Shown one piece after another: positions 11,487 to 25,508 of a stretch of 64,000 nt of DNA; positions within the stretch are counted from its first letter, which is position 1, and each line of letters starts with the position of its first letter. Below the pieces are notes generated by a model that was not told where the DNA came from, searched no databases, and saw only the letters and a list, made by a program, of their open reading frames with translations. The stretch lies in the NCBI GenBank assembly GCA_016748015.1, contig JAAOMT010000366.1, positions 66,334-130,333 on the forward strand, in the 5' to 3' direction. The DNA is from Geosiphon pyriformis uo1. Its lineage: Eukaryota > Fungi > Glomeromycota. Made by a program: the position numbers and the translations under genes.

Positions 11487-13817
11487 CTTGGAAATTTGAG
11501 TTTATTCTAATTTAATAACAGAAATAAGAATGAGGTAAACTTTTGTTGTCTTTAATGAAATAGATTACTTAAATACCCTTCAGTGAATATAAATACTAAA
11601 AGTTTATTGCTTGCCTAAAATAGATTTTATTATTATTAAATGTTTTGAAAAATAATTTTTTTTATATATTTTAGCTATTATAGCTCTGGTCATTTGGGCT
11701 AAAAATTTAAAAATAATAATTCTAAATTAAGAAGCCCACATTAAAACTTGATTTTGCTGAGAACATTAAATAAATTTATTTATTCTATTAAAAAAAATCT
11801 TGTATTTTTTAACCAAAGTAGTATATCAAACAAAATTAAGAATAAAAGTCGTGACATAAAAGATCAATTTTTTGTTTTAACTGTTTTGGAAAGAACACAC
11901 TAATAAAAAAAATTTCTCAAAAGTATATGGTTTAAACAATAGATCTTATATACTTCAAAATATATGGTAAAACAATAGAAAACCCAGAATAATTAATAAT
12001 ATTTTAAAAATTATCTAAAATAAATTTCAAGTTTTTTCTTTAAGAGCGGACTATTTAACTAGAATTAAACAAAGTCACAATAGCTAATTTGTCAATAGTG
12101 AACTCTATAGATCTTAAAGAAGATATTAATCTGCAATTTTAAGATAAGAGAATTTTTCGAATTAATTTATTAATACATATTGACAAACTTTATGTTCATA
12201 TACCTAAAAATAACAAACAAACTCTAAAAAATAATAATAAATTTTAAACAAATTTTATTAATAAATAAATATAATAAGCATTTTTTAAAAAGTAATAGAA
12301 TAAAAATTAAATATGTTATTAATAATAAAAGAATCACTATTTTTAGCTTTGGCCCATTTTACATTGAGCAATTTGTGAAAATATTCTGATTTGGCAATCA
12401 AAAATTTATTGTTTGCTGATATTACTAGTTTGGTATAACAAAGTTAATATCTATAAATATTGAATTATTTAATAAATTAGTTTAAACTTTAATTATAACC
12501 AAAAAAATAGTATTTTCAAGCAATGGGAGTTTCTGCTTGTGTGTTATTGTTTTCAATAAAATAAGTTTTTTTTTGCAAAATTTTTATTAACTTATATAAG
12601 AAAAATGTTAAAGAATGTGAAAATATTCCTATAAAAATCTCAGTTTTGGCAAAAATTTTCTTTAATTAAAATACCAAATTGGGTTAATATTTTATTAAGT
12701 TTTGTTACATTGGTAAGGTGTTTAAAATAAACTTTTTACAACAGCCCAGAAAAAAAATTATATTAAGAAAAACTTTATTTGTCAAAAGTAATTTTTTGAT
12801 GTTTCAAAAGTGGAAGAGTATATTATTTTCTTTAAATATTTAAATTGGGAATTGTATATTAAAACACTTTTGGCCTTGAAATCCAATTATGTCAAAAGAA
12901 AAATACCCAAAACTTTTGGTAAAAGTCTCGATTTTCTTTAAATAAAAAAATACAGATGCTGACTTTATAAGCAATTCTCAAATCATAGCTAATTTAATTA
13001 TAAATAATAGACTTTTTAAATTGGCCAAGTACTTTTTTATATATAATTTTTATTAAGTTTATTTAAATGGATGTAATAGATGAATTTAATAGTTAAATAT
13101 AGTCAACTAATTGGCATAGCTATATTACATAGCTATTCTGCATTACATCTAAATTTGTTATTTTCACCCAAATTTCTTTTAATTAATCTACACATTTTAT
13201 TATGTATGCTTTTAACATTAATGTTATCATAATTTTACTAAATTCTTTTATTTTAAATATTAATTCTTGTATGTGTCCAATTTATTATCTTACATATTAT
13301 TAAGTTTTCTTCTTTGTTAACATCGTAAAATTTGTGTAATACAAACCAATTACATATATAATGCAGTTTTTATCTAGTAAATTTTGAATGTTTTTTGTGA
13401 AAAAATTTCAGATTTATTATCTTTGCTAAACACGAGTCAGCTACGAAATATTACCTTCACTTACATTATTCTCTTCTAAACTTCCAACCTGGTAACATTT
13501 GTAGACCCTTGGATAGGCAGCTAGTTACTGATGTTGCTAAATCCAGTTTCTTTATATTCACAATCTTCTTGCAATTGAGACCAATATTCTGGACATGATT
13601 GCAATAAGTGTGAAAGAGTTGCAAGGGAGCATTCTGAACGATAAAAACAAATTATTGCAGTGGATGGCAAATTTGATATTATAAATAGCCTTACTTAGTC
13701 CTCAAACAACAAAAATTAAGTTTTTCGAAAAAAATATTTAAAGGATTAGTAATTAGCCGCAATTTTCAGATGATTGGTCTATTAAGGTGGTCTAAATGTA
13801 ATTTTATAATGGTTTAC

Positions 13818-15148
13818 CTTCTGGAATGTAGATAAATTCTATTTTAAAGTTTTTTTTTCGAAAATTGAAATAAAAAATTTAGAACTTTATTACTTATAAA
13901 TTAAATAAACTAACCTTTAGAAAGATCACTAATTTGCAAAGTCAAAACACGACTTGTATAAACTGCTTTTGGGTGAATTGCTGCTATTGTTGTTTTTGTT
14001 GTTGAAGCTTTTATTATCTCTTCTTTCTTTACCATTTCTTTTACATATTTCTCTGATTCTGAAAACAGGACTCTGAGTTCTAGATTATCCCTAAGTTCCA
14101 ACAACTTCTTTGGCAGTGGGATGATTCTTGGGATTAGCATCCCAACATATTTCAATTATTTCCGCAATACATGTTGGGGTAAGGGGGAAGGCATTCTTGG
14201 GTCTAAAACCTTTTAATATCTCATTTATAAGATGACAACGATCATAAAAAGGAGGCTTTCCTGTTGCTAATTCCCATAATAACATAGAAAAACTATAAAT
14301 ATCACCAGCCATTGTAAATTTCTCTCCTCTTAAAACCTCTAGTGGAATGTATGGAATCACTCCAAATATCTTTTGCTCCTTGGTGCCTTTCCTGTTGTTG
14401 CTTCATTGTTTGTAGGCTGACATAATTCGACGTCTCCAATTTCTACCCATTTTTGATTATGTTGTAATATGTTGCCCGAGTGTAGGTCACGATGAACCAT
14501 ACCAGAAGAATGAATGGAAGAAAGTCCAGAAGCTATATTACAAGCGTTTATTAATTTATCAACCCAACTATTAGAATAAAAATTTGTTTAATATATATTT
14601 CCGCATATCTCATTCTTGGGCAAACTCTATTATAAATCCATATTAGAGTGTTTCAGCGTTTTGTGTAATTCCTCTTATAACCTAAGTGCCAACCCTTATT
14701 AATAAACATAGCTCGTTGGATATTTAACTATTAATAGTATAAAAAATAATATATAAATATTAGCTAAATATGAATTAAATAAAAATAATTTATTTACCTC
14801 TTTAAACACTTCTTTACTGTTCTTTATAAATTTTATTGCCACTTCCTCTTCTTTTTCTGTTCCCCATCTTCCTCTTTTATATTCCATTTCACCATGATGT
14901 TTTATACTATTAAAATTAACTAATCCATCGATATAAGTTGCTTTATAAATTATACCGAACCCTCCTCTAGCAATTTTGTTGATATTCGACAAACGCTCCC
15001 ACGGAATCCATTCATAATAAATAACAGTACAATCTTTATTATTATTATTATTATTAGGTGGTGTATAGATTGGATTCTTTATTATTTCATCAACTACTTT
15101 ATTACCGCTTGAAAAGTCCTTACCACCGATAATACTCGTTACAATCAT
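13818..15148 (-). pseudogene. TKL kinase pseudogene (SGNxxxD / EWIP subfamily)
   Basis: Motifs SGNKVVDEII, EWIPW, ARGGFG, VAIK, HRDLHSGN (~14470-14494), DFG decayed to DVE, IPYIPLE, DIYSFS, CWDANP, IHPKAVYTSR. Frameshifts are needed near 14650-14690, ~14375 and ~14100. 3' end approximate. Confidence 0.85.
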
Positions 15149-18100
15149 GAGCTTCTAGACGAGTTCTTTTAATTTCAAGGATTTCCATGGTGTGGATAAA
15201 GTATAGGATGGATAAAATGTGAATACTTTATGAGAAGAAGCTTTTTAAAAAGTAATTTTTTAAAGGCGGGGTTCGGATTTATTATTTATTCCTAAAAATC
15301 GTATTAAGTAGCTATAGTAAATAAAGATGCCAAACAAGTTGCGACAAGAATAAAACGATTTAGGTTTCGTGTGATACATAAGAAATACAGTAATACATAA
15401 TTACTGCATCTTAAATGTCTTAAGCTGATTCAATCAATATGTGTATTAAAATTTGAGCGTGATTTATAAATTTGGAAATTTAAAAACTAAGTTTGTATAA
15501 ATGCAAGAGAACATAATAAATATTAGTTTTTAAATATATTATAACATTGATATTAAGTTATCTTGCATTTAAAAAAAATTTGTAATTCAAAGAAAATTTT
15601 GCCCATTATTTTCTGCTAGGGCTGTATTTATTAAATATTTTATGTTACATTTTCTAAGCGAATTGTGCAAATTTCTGTAAAAATTCGCTAAATATCATTT
15701 TATTTTGAAAGCCTTGAGACTTTATAATGGCTAAAATAATTATAACAAATAATATCATGTTTAAAAGACAAAAAACTAAAAATTTATTTAATACAATTCT
15801 TAATAAGAATACATTCACTATAATTTTCTATTATTATCTCACACCTATAATGCATTAATCTAACCAAATTTGTATTTGAAATAGAATTTCATCCTTTATA
15901 GTAATATTTTATAAATTTTTGATCTGGATTATTAAATAGTCAATCTATTATTTTGGAAATATTTGTTCAGAAAAATGATTTGGTGAACAGCTGATCATTT
16001 TTACAGTCTCCAGTGGGAGCCCTATTCGCCCGTTCTCCCCTCCTATTTTTAGAATTAGCTATTAATTTAATTATTAAGACAATAATTATTGCTTTAACAA
16101 GTGAAGTTTATTACATTTTTTGATAAATATATGAAATAAAACTTCTAGAACTGTAAAAAATTGTTTTATAAAATATTAATTAATAATAATAATATGTTAT
16201 TATTATTTATTTATATTTTAGTATTGTTTTTTACATTACATTATATTATATTATATTATATTATGTTATACTACTTATTAATAATATTTAAATTGAAAAA
16301 TATGTTGTAATATTAAAAATTGAATAATAAAATAATTCAAAATATATATATTAACAAAATGAAAAATTCAATAGTAGTTTTGTTTATTTAATTATAATCT
16401 TTAAAATAAAATAAAAAAGCAGTTTTTAATAAATAAAATTTATCAAAAATATTAATTAATGTATAAATTTTAAAAAATAAACCTTAATAAAACTATAATT
16501 TTTTATTTTTAAAAATATTAGCTATACAACTTAAAAAATATAGCAGTCAAATTAATAATTTTCGTTAAAAAAATTACCGTGATTAGTATTAAATAATAAA
16601 ATGATTAAAAAATATTTTTATTTTTTAAACTAAAATACATAACTTTTAAATAACAAAATTATGGTTTATATTTTTTTTAGACGTAGTTATTTCAATTATT
16701 TTTAATAAATTGGTTAGGTTATTTTTTACTCTAATAATGCTATTTTTTAATTACATTTATGACTTTGTGAAAGCATGCCCCATGTGATTGAGATAGTAAT
16801 CAAATAAAAAATATCTTTATCGCTATTATGAATGATTTTTGGCAATGGATATAGACGAGATCTTACTTTTTTTATGTCGTGCACACTGCGACTCCAAATT
16901 TTAGGACGCTGAAGAGCAAAGACTTAGCAGCTAATATAATAGATAACTTATTCTTATGCTTATTTGCTTTTCAGATGTTTACAGTGAAAGAATATAAAGA
17001 CAAAGATACGAATGTCCCCGAACTTTCCTATACTATCAATATCATCTATATTATAAAACTTCCATATAAATTAAGCTAAAAAAATATGCAATCTACTAAA
17101 ATATTTTCTTGCATCCGTAGTTAAGAGCAGAATAAAAAATTCATTACTTCTGAAATTACTATCTTCAGACTCTCGCACTTCAAACATCCCAAGACCTCAA
17201 TGTTATCATCAGCTAGGTGCCTCCAAACTATGAGCACACAAATTGATGAGTGAAGCATCTTTCAACCTGTCTGCAATTATGTCCCACCAATTAGCCAACA
17301 CACGTATCTTTCAAAGAGTCCAAGTCCAGTAATATTTTTGTTGATCTCATCCGAAATAATAATAATAAACCACCCAATGGGGACGTTAAAAGGACGATGA
17401 CAAACTTTCCACCCATAATTATCAGAATTCACCTTCATATACAAATCCAATTGTCTTCAACTTATCCAACATGGTCATTGAACATCCAACTTTACTTTGA
17501 CATCTTCAGCAGCTTCGACATCTTTAGCCTACTTTCCTAGAGCCACTTTTTGCTCTTCTCTGATGCGCATTCTCTCCTCACTCCTAGCTACACGCAATAT
17601 GTTTTACATATCAAGGTACACACCCCAGGTTTAACTAAACGACCAGGTGAAAATTGAGGTCACCAAATCGTCACCATCGCTGCGGAAAGTTTTGGTTTTG
17701 AAGTAAGCAGTACGAAAATAGAAAACAATGTTCCAACAAAATTCGACGTGAATATTTTTCTATACAGCAAATGGCGAAGTCGATAGAACCTTCTGGCACT
17801 TCCAAACTGCAGGTGATCTCAATATTGAATCTCTTTTCAACCCTCATTGCCGGGTATACGTTTTTCCGTAATCAGTGATTAGCAAAAATTCCAATAATTG
17901 GTTTTGAATCGATTTTTGCCAAAAAATCGACATCCTATTTTTCTCATTAGCAGATTGCGGAATAATTGAGTACATTTAAACTTTCCTAAAGCTTTAATGC
18001 ACTTTTTCTCAGCTTTTGTTTACATACTGGGCTGGATTTATACCCTTGATCCCAGCAAACCATCTATCTGCAGAACAATAATCAAAATGTTTAGCATACT

Positions 18101-18896
18101 TTCACGTTTGATGAATGGTCAAAATATTAATAATGCCTCAGATGATATTGGGTTTTGAACGATCGTGTTAGTTACCTGTGAACTTGCGTGTAGGTTTGAG
18201 GGATAACTTTATGGTTCAGCTTCTATCAAATATAAACAATTAGCAGCCACGAAAAGTTTTGAGTGATTGAACAGATTGCTCTCTCCTCATTTAACTAAAC
18301 AGTCTAGTCCGCGATATACTTACTAGTAAGGGGAAAATACTGCTTTTCCAATACGCTTGAATTAAAGCATTTTTTAGAGTATGTACATATCAGCCATTAT
18401 TTCATTTTTCATCAGATTCTTGCAGCACTTTATAGATTGATGAAGGGCACTGTTGTACTTGTCTAAGGCATAGTTTCGAAAGGAGTCGAGAGGCGCATTC
18501 AGGCATCCAATTAACGTGACGCTGCTGCATGACTTGACAAAAAAAAGTTGAGCATTTTGTTTTAGCCATAGCTAGTCAACTATACGATTAATAGCTTCAG
18601 ACAGATCCAAACTCTGTTATAGACGCCTCGAGTGCCCCAAAAACCCAATAATTCTGTATCCCAAGGATAGCTGGCCATCAACTAGAGGATGACTTGCGAT
18701 TTCTGGCTTCCGATAGAGCCAAACTGGGTCGCACATTATTTAGTTAGCCGCAAAAAAATATCAACCGTCTAGAAAATTAAATTTTTATGAATATAGGTAA
18801 AAAACACATGACACACTGATCGCGTGATTGAGTAGAGATGACGAGCTAATTGTCATACGCTAATTTTGGCTGATTTTTCGTCCACAAAAACAAAGT

Positions 18897-21268
18897 ATGT
18901 CAGCGGAAAATAAAACACCGTTCTTTAAAAGACCCCTTTTCCGGTTCCTTACTCAACCCGAGGTCATATCCACGATCAGTTCTATAACTGCAGATGAGAT
19001 ACTCGCCTACTATCAACAAGAATGGCCGAACGGCAACTTTTCGAAAATATACGACGCGCTAGCCAAGGATTTGGAAGAAATTCTCGATTCAAATTTCTTC
19101 AATAGAGATATAACGAGCGTTTTGAGAAATATTAGGGACGCTTGGAGAGTAAGTAAAGTGCGCTTTTGTTGATCTGGCTTTGGCTTACGAGGGGAGGGAG
19201 GATTAGGAAGGACTGCGGGTCACTTACACGTACGGGGACTGTGGGTCACTTGCATGTGGCAAACTTGGGGACTGTGGGTCACTCGAGTTTGTAAGTCTTG
19301 GGGACTGTGGGTCACACAAGACCTAAACCACATTACTCGCATCCTGTAGCCGTTTTCGAAGCTGGTTGTATACAGTGAGAGCATCTTATAATAACACATT
19401 ATAATTTTCATCTTTTTGTTTTCGGAGTCATGGAAAAAACAAAATCTTAAACAAGTCCGTCGCAATCAGTTTGTGAGTGTGGTGTATTTTTTGGATCCTT
19501 GCTTTCTTCTGTTAAAAAAGCTTATCACAGTCTTTTCTTTTCACAAGCATCACTAAATATCAAAAAAGTGTTGCCACAGTTGTTGACGTTGAAACTAGCA
19601 AGTGGGTTGAAGAAGCAATAAATAATGATGGTGAAATTCTTATTTCCAATAAGAGGCACATTAATACTGAAGATGTACTGGAAACTGCATGTCCAGAAAG
19701 TGTTAAGAAGGTAAGATCAACATATATAGTTCTGCATTCAAAGCCTTTTCTTATATTATGGATATCCACACAGATTAAAACCATGAAAGATCTATCTGCA
19801 TCTGCTTCCTCCGCAAGTGGTTATAATGAATCGCATGATCTCAATGACTCCGAAGATAGCGAGACAGAATCTATTGACGTGGAACAAGATAACAAAGAAA
19901 TCAGGAGTCTTACGGAGGTATTTTGGTATTTGTTATCGTTTATGCATAATAATTATGCTTAGCTTATTTATATAATCTTAAGAACGAGGTGGACATTCTT
20001 AAAAAATTGCTTAAAATTCTGGTCGCATGTCAAGAAAAAGACAGAGAAGCTGGAAAAGATTTTTTGACATCAGTATCCCTCAATGGCATTATAGATTTAT
20101 CAGACGACGAAACATACAAGCAGATTAAGAAGTCCTTGAATAAGGATCAAATGACTTGGCTTGAAGAATTTCTGCGGAAAAAAACTTTTAATCAGACCCC
20201 CGAATTTACACAGTACATTAATCAATTTACTGAGGATGCGTGCATCCGAGCTGAGATTCCAACTATTGTTCGCAAGTCTTTTATTCTCGGAAGATTTGAT
20301 CCTTTTCATTATGAAGCACATGATATCGCCCAGCAAATATTAACACATCTGTAAGTATTTTTATATTAACAATAGCCAATTTTTTATACTATTACTTATT
20401 TTTTACAAATAGTTCTGTCCGACTTGAAGCTCCAATGAGAGTTGAATATAAAGGCCTCGATCGCGAAAGAACTTATGCAATTGACACTATAGTGTACATT
20501 TTAAATCGACTATTTAGGATGCACCAAGATGAATTGGATGTTGCATGGTAAATATAAATTTGAAGTTTTAAGTTATTAATCTTGCTAATTTTTTGTTTGT
20601 TTAATTAAGGATTGAACAAACTACTCCAGACACAAAAAATCATAAGTTTGATGGACTTTACAAAGTAATTAGGACAACTAATAAAAACCAGGTTATAATT
20701 ATTACAGAATTTTCATATGCAAGAAAGACGCCGTTGTCGAAAAAAAATGGTGATCAGCTAAAATTGTGTCGAAATTCAATGAGAACTCTAAACAAATTAT
20801 TACAAATTGTACCAAAGGGCTGTGCACGTGTTTATTTAGTACAATCTTTCAGTAAGTATTACAATCAGAAATTGGATAGTATAAAGTTTGGTTATTTACA
20901 TATATTAAATATTTTTTATAGATGGATTTATTGAAATTAAATATTTAGTTCGACCACTTCCATCAATTTATATACTTCAACGCTTCATGTGTATAAAAAT
21001 ACCTGTTTCTTTTGGAGACTTTGAACAAATTGCTCATGATTTAAAGGACTTAATGAATTGGCAGGTAAGTAAATAATTGAAATAAATACTCGTAAACATT
21101 TTGTCAAATACTTATAATCATTATCTTTTGTTATTACAGGTTGATGTTTTGTCAACGGTTAGGGCAGTGAATAAGGCAACTACTGCAAATATAATGGGAG
21201 ACAATAATCTTCATATAACTTTAGTAAACGATACACCATTAAAGAAAAAAGACAAAACCAACCTTTAA
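18897..21268 (+). CDS. ~545-aa protein with a C-terminal PD-(D/E)xK-like (restriction-endonuclease-fold) domain
   Basis: Nine exons splice into one 1638-nt open frame: 18897-19148, 19428-19472, 19531-19710, 19774-19917, 19983-20350, 20413-20547, 20610-20851, 20922-21064, 21140-21268. C-terminal motifs: ERTYAID, W-I-E, HKFDG, IIITEFS, GDQLKL, VYLVQ, IKIP and terminal DTPLKKK. The exon 2 acceptor is a rarer GAG. The nuclease call is inferred from motifs only. Confidence 0.8.
19208..19315 (+). repeat. Four 16-bp direct repeats (GGGGACTGTGGGTCAC) separated by unrelated spacers, in intron 1
   Basis: Copies at 19208 (degenerate AAGGACTGCGGGTCAC), 19234, 19267 and 19300; periods 26, 33, 33. Confidence 0.9.
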
Positions 21269-24068
21269 GTCCTAGAACACCATGTTTTGGATCACCTTGT
21301 TCTGAATTGCCATTTAATTCATTAGTCTAGTTTAATTATTTAGGTTTTAAAAATTATCAATTTTATACACATGTGATTGTTCAATTTATTAATTTGTTTT
21401 TGTTTGGAGCAATAATTATTAAAAGTTGGATAAAATACCTGTATCGCCAATTATCACAACCTCACCTCTACGCATTTGTAAAATGTACCGATATTAACAA
21501 CAATTTAAGAAAAAATGATTTCAATCTCCATTTTCTTTTGTACTAAACCTTCTATATTTTCTTAAGCTTATTTGCACTTCCTAATCTTACAGTTTTAAAG
21601 TACCAGTGAAAAATTAAAGTCTTTTAACAAATAAATCAAGGAAAATTCTTCAATTAAAAACCTTAATATTACAGAATAAAATTTTATTGATCCACGATAT
21701 TTTTCGGATATGTCAATTTTTATACTAAATGTTTATGATAGTTTTAAGAAATTCCAGATTATTCTGTCACATAGGAATTTTTTCCATGGGCTTCCAAATT
21801 AAAAAATGCTCAAATAAATAAAATCTCTTTTCAATAAACATTCAATTAGAAATCTTGTGTTCAGGCTTTTTGAATACGCTGGCTGAAATTTCATTTATCC
21901 GTTTCACTTTTAAAACTTTTTTTCAAAACATCACAATTGTCAAAGACTTTTCTGGTTTCGATTCACTTTAACAGCTTTTGCATTATTCTTGAGGTATTCC
22001 AGCCTCTTTATTAACTGGAAAAGTATATAAAGTAATTTTGAATATGTATTCAGGTTTTATGTTATAGGCAAAGCTTACCAATTTCTGCATGTTGCTTTTT
22101 GCATGGAAAGCATCTAAATTTTTTGGATTCGCAGTTAACACACTTTGGTGCTGAAATAGAGAGGACAAAATACATGCTTCTAAACTTCCCTTAGAACAAA
22201 GAGTTTATAATGTTGAGTCCATGCTCAAAAACCACAGTGTTAATGATTCTACTATTACTACTGACATGAATGGTTTTTTTACGCAATCGTTTTCAGTCCA
22301 AAGCAAAAAAAGATCTTGAAGACAGAAATTACAATTTTCAAATTATTATCTCATTTCCAATATTGGTTTTGGCATTAATTTCAAAAGACTTCGACTGTGT
22401 GTTTATTAAAATAATTAAGTTGCAAACTGGTTAAAAAATTTGTGGTTGCCCACAAAAATAAGATTTATAGGCTTTATTAAATTTATCTTCCATCTTGATA
22501 GTACAAGGCTTATGGTTTTGTCAAGTAAGAATTCAATAAATTAATAAGAACTATTTCAAAATATTTTTATAATTAACATTAATTTTATTTTCTAATTAGA
22601 AGAAAAGCAATTTTCTAGATAAATATGTATTTGTATTTTTTTTACCTAAACCAAATTAATTTATTTATATTTTAGATATACATAATATAAAAAACAAAAC
22701 AAAAGATACAAAAAAAAGTATAAACAATGGGATAAGTCAAGAGAGTGGAAAAAGCAAATTTGATATAATTATTAAAAATACAAATGTTCTCTAATTCTTT
22801 TCATAAAATCTTGCTTTAATAATAAATGGACTATACTATATTGGTTTATATTAATCAATTATTATTAGTATTATAGAGCTATAAAGCAGTTTATTTTAGA
22901 TTTTTCTTTGGCTAAAAAATTAAACATATCAAGAAATAGGTATTTATTTAGCTTAATTACTATTTTTATTAGTGTTTGAACTTTTCTTATATTATATTTA
23001 TTCACAGTTGGCTATGAAAATTTTATTGAAAATAATATTAACTGTATTATATGCTTTTTTTTCTGGAGAAGCTTAATTTACATACTATTAAAGCATTAAC
23101 AAAGAAACACAACTCTATAAAATAAATCTAAGATTGCTTTATTTTCCTATTTTAAACCGTAAATAATTATGAGTGTGTTATGTTCGAATACCATTTCTTC
23201 TTAAAACGCCCAATTATTAAAGCTTTATACAGTGAAAAATTTACATTAAATTGGAAAACAAAAAATAGTTTTTAAACTTTGTTAAATATTTTTGTATTCA
23301 TTATAAGTTGAACCGAATTTTTATCATTCAGGGTTTAAAATATTATGTTTTTAACAAATTTCCATTATAGATAAATTAAAATTTTGAATTGATAAAATTT
23401 ATCGATCGTCTATATAATTTTTGGCTTGTAGCTACTTGGAGTTTCGAATCATAAAGTTTTACTTTTCCAAATGAAAACTAGAATTTATGACTTTACATTT
23501 AGCTAGTTCAATGAATGTCAGTAAAAAGAATTCAACCCGTTAAATAAACTGATTTTAATAATTTCAAGGTAAAAAAATTATCAAGTAAAACATAAAATAA
23601 CAACAATTGTATTATTTTGTTAACAATATTATAAGTAATTTTGTTGAATTATATTCTGTAATTTTGTGGTAATATCTTTCTATAATATCTGAAAGTTTTT
23701 TTTTTTAGAGTTTTTTGTATAAAAAACAAAAATTTAATAATTTAATGACTTTTAATACTTAATGTCTTACTTTCTTAACATAATAACTGGTTTATTCTGG
23801 TATTTTTGACTCTTTTGATAAGCTATTCAATTTTTTATAAGTTAACCTTACGCTTTAATTTTAGTTCCAGCAGGCTCTTATCATGTTATATGGCGCATCA
23901 AAGCTGATCGGCGTGCTATTCTGCAATACCTTAAATTCGAAGCTGTTATTTTGGATTCTTCGGTAATTGTGCAATTGTAAACAACTGTTTTCAATTCTTA
24001 GTATTAATATGTAGCTGAAATTAGGAATAGGAAGACGGTGATTCAATAAATCTAATAGACATGACGGT

Positions 24069-24110
<42 letters not shown>
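24069..24110. repeat. (TGA)14 microsatellite
   Basis: Directly visible. Confidence 0.95.
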
Positions 24111-24111
<1 letters not shown>

Positions 24112-25129
24112 ATGACAACAAATAGTGATCAATGGTTTGAGCATCGATTGCCTGTCTGGAGGTAGCGAAAAGCACCGGCCCATGCTATTATTGGCGAGAT
24201 GTTGACTTCAGAATTATCGATCATAATACATCTCGTATGAAAAGTGGTTTTGTATGTATTCTAAAGCTCCGACTTTTCGGTATTTAATTAAACTCAGATA
24301 TTTCCAATCTTTGAATTTATTTATTTATCTAGATGGTTGATTATGTGCGATTGAAACCATGTCTCAAACCACTCAAGTCGGACGAGAATGATCAAGAGGG
24401 CGGCAACAGTGGTAAATATCTTAGTCGAGCCCAATGGGCATTTTTAATAAATTTTTTACGAAATAATTTATATTAATCAACCTTTCACTATCACCTCATT
24501 AATTTATTTGTTGAAAAGATATTTTGCACTTTAAGTTTTATTGAAAAATCAATTTTTTTACCAAACTTCTTAGATTTGTTAACAATAATTGGCCAATATT
24601 AATATTATAGTTAATTTCTTATTCAGCTACTATATATTAATTATACAGAATAATATTTTATTTTAAAAACAAATTGTTGACTTGATTATTAACTGAGTTG
24701 TTTAAAATTTTTTAGAAAAATATAATTGACATAGTTTAAAATTTCCAGATGTCTTTCTTATTATTCCAAATTCTATTTATTTCTTTTATTGAATAATTAA
24801 CAATATTTAATTCAAAGCTCTTTTTTTCTTTTTTTATTATATGTTTTTACTTATTAGTTCCAAATTTAAATTTAATCAAAGATTCATTTTTTGATTAATT
24901 AATAAATCGAAATCAATATTATTTGAAAATTTGGTCTTTGATATATACAATTTTTAAAGTATTTATAGAAAATATATGCAGATATATTTTAAATCACTTT
25001 TTTTATTTGTGCATAAATTAATCAAGGTATTTATTGATTTTATACAAAAAAAATTATTAATTGTGCTTTTATTTGCAGCATTTACATATTTTCGATTAAA
25101 TTTTTATAATAAAAAAGATGATTAAATAG

Positions 25130-25508
25130 TGGTGTGAAGTACGACAACAATCATAAACTTTCAAAGATTTTCAATCAGGCCACAGTAATATCGCAATTCC
25201 AGCTGTGTCAACTTTGGGATCATATGGAACGATATTTCTTATGTAAAATATTTTCAGGAAAAAGAATCTTTTTAATTTTTTAATTTTAATAATTTGACTT
25301 GTTTCCTATGATGTGTTTTATTCATAGCAGATTTACATTGGAATTTAAGATTACAATCTATTGTATGTTCAGAAATAGATTTTTCTATACAAAAGTACAC
25401 GGATATGATAGCACAGAGCCATCGATTATAAACAAAACCTTCATGATATTTTTTTTAGCTGAATTCATCAAAAATAACGTGGTCGCATAATTTTGGCCAT
25501 CCTCTGTG
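25130..25508 (+). mobile_element. Possible Tc1/mariner 3' relic
   Basis: 'ctttgggatcatatggaacga' reads LWDHMER, like the post-catalytic ENLWxxxxR motif. A TIR-like end 'cgcataattttggccatcctctgt' lies at ~25485-25508. Confidence 0.35.

Noticed and set aside
16003-16045. GC-rich spot 'cagtgggagccctattcgcccgttctcccc' as a transposon end
   Set aside because: No matching inverted partner or TSD found.
19208-19315. CRISPR array call
   Set aside because: Repeats of 16 bp and spacers of 10-17 bp are too short, there are no cas genes, and it lies in a spliceosomal intron. Kept as an unexplained repeat-spacer array.
23861-24175. Poly-His ORF
   Set aside because: The His run is just the (TGA)n microsatellite read on the minus strand; non-ATG start and no domain.
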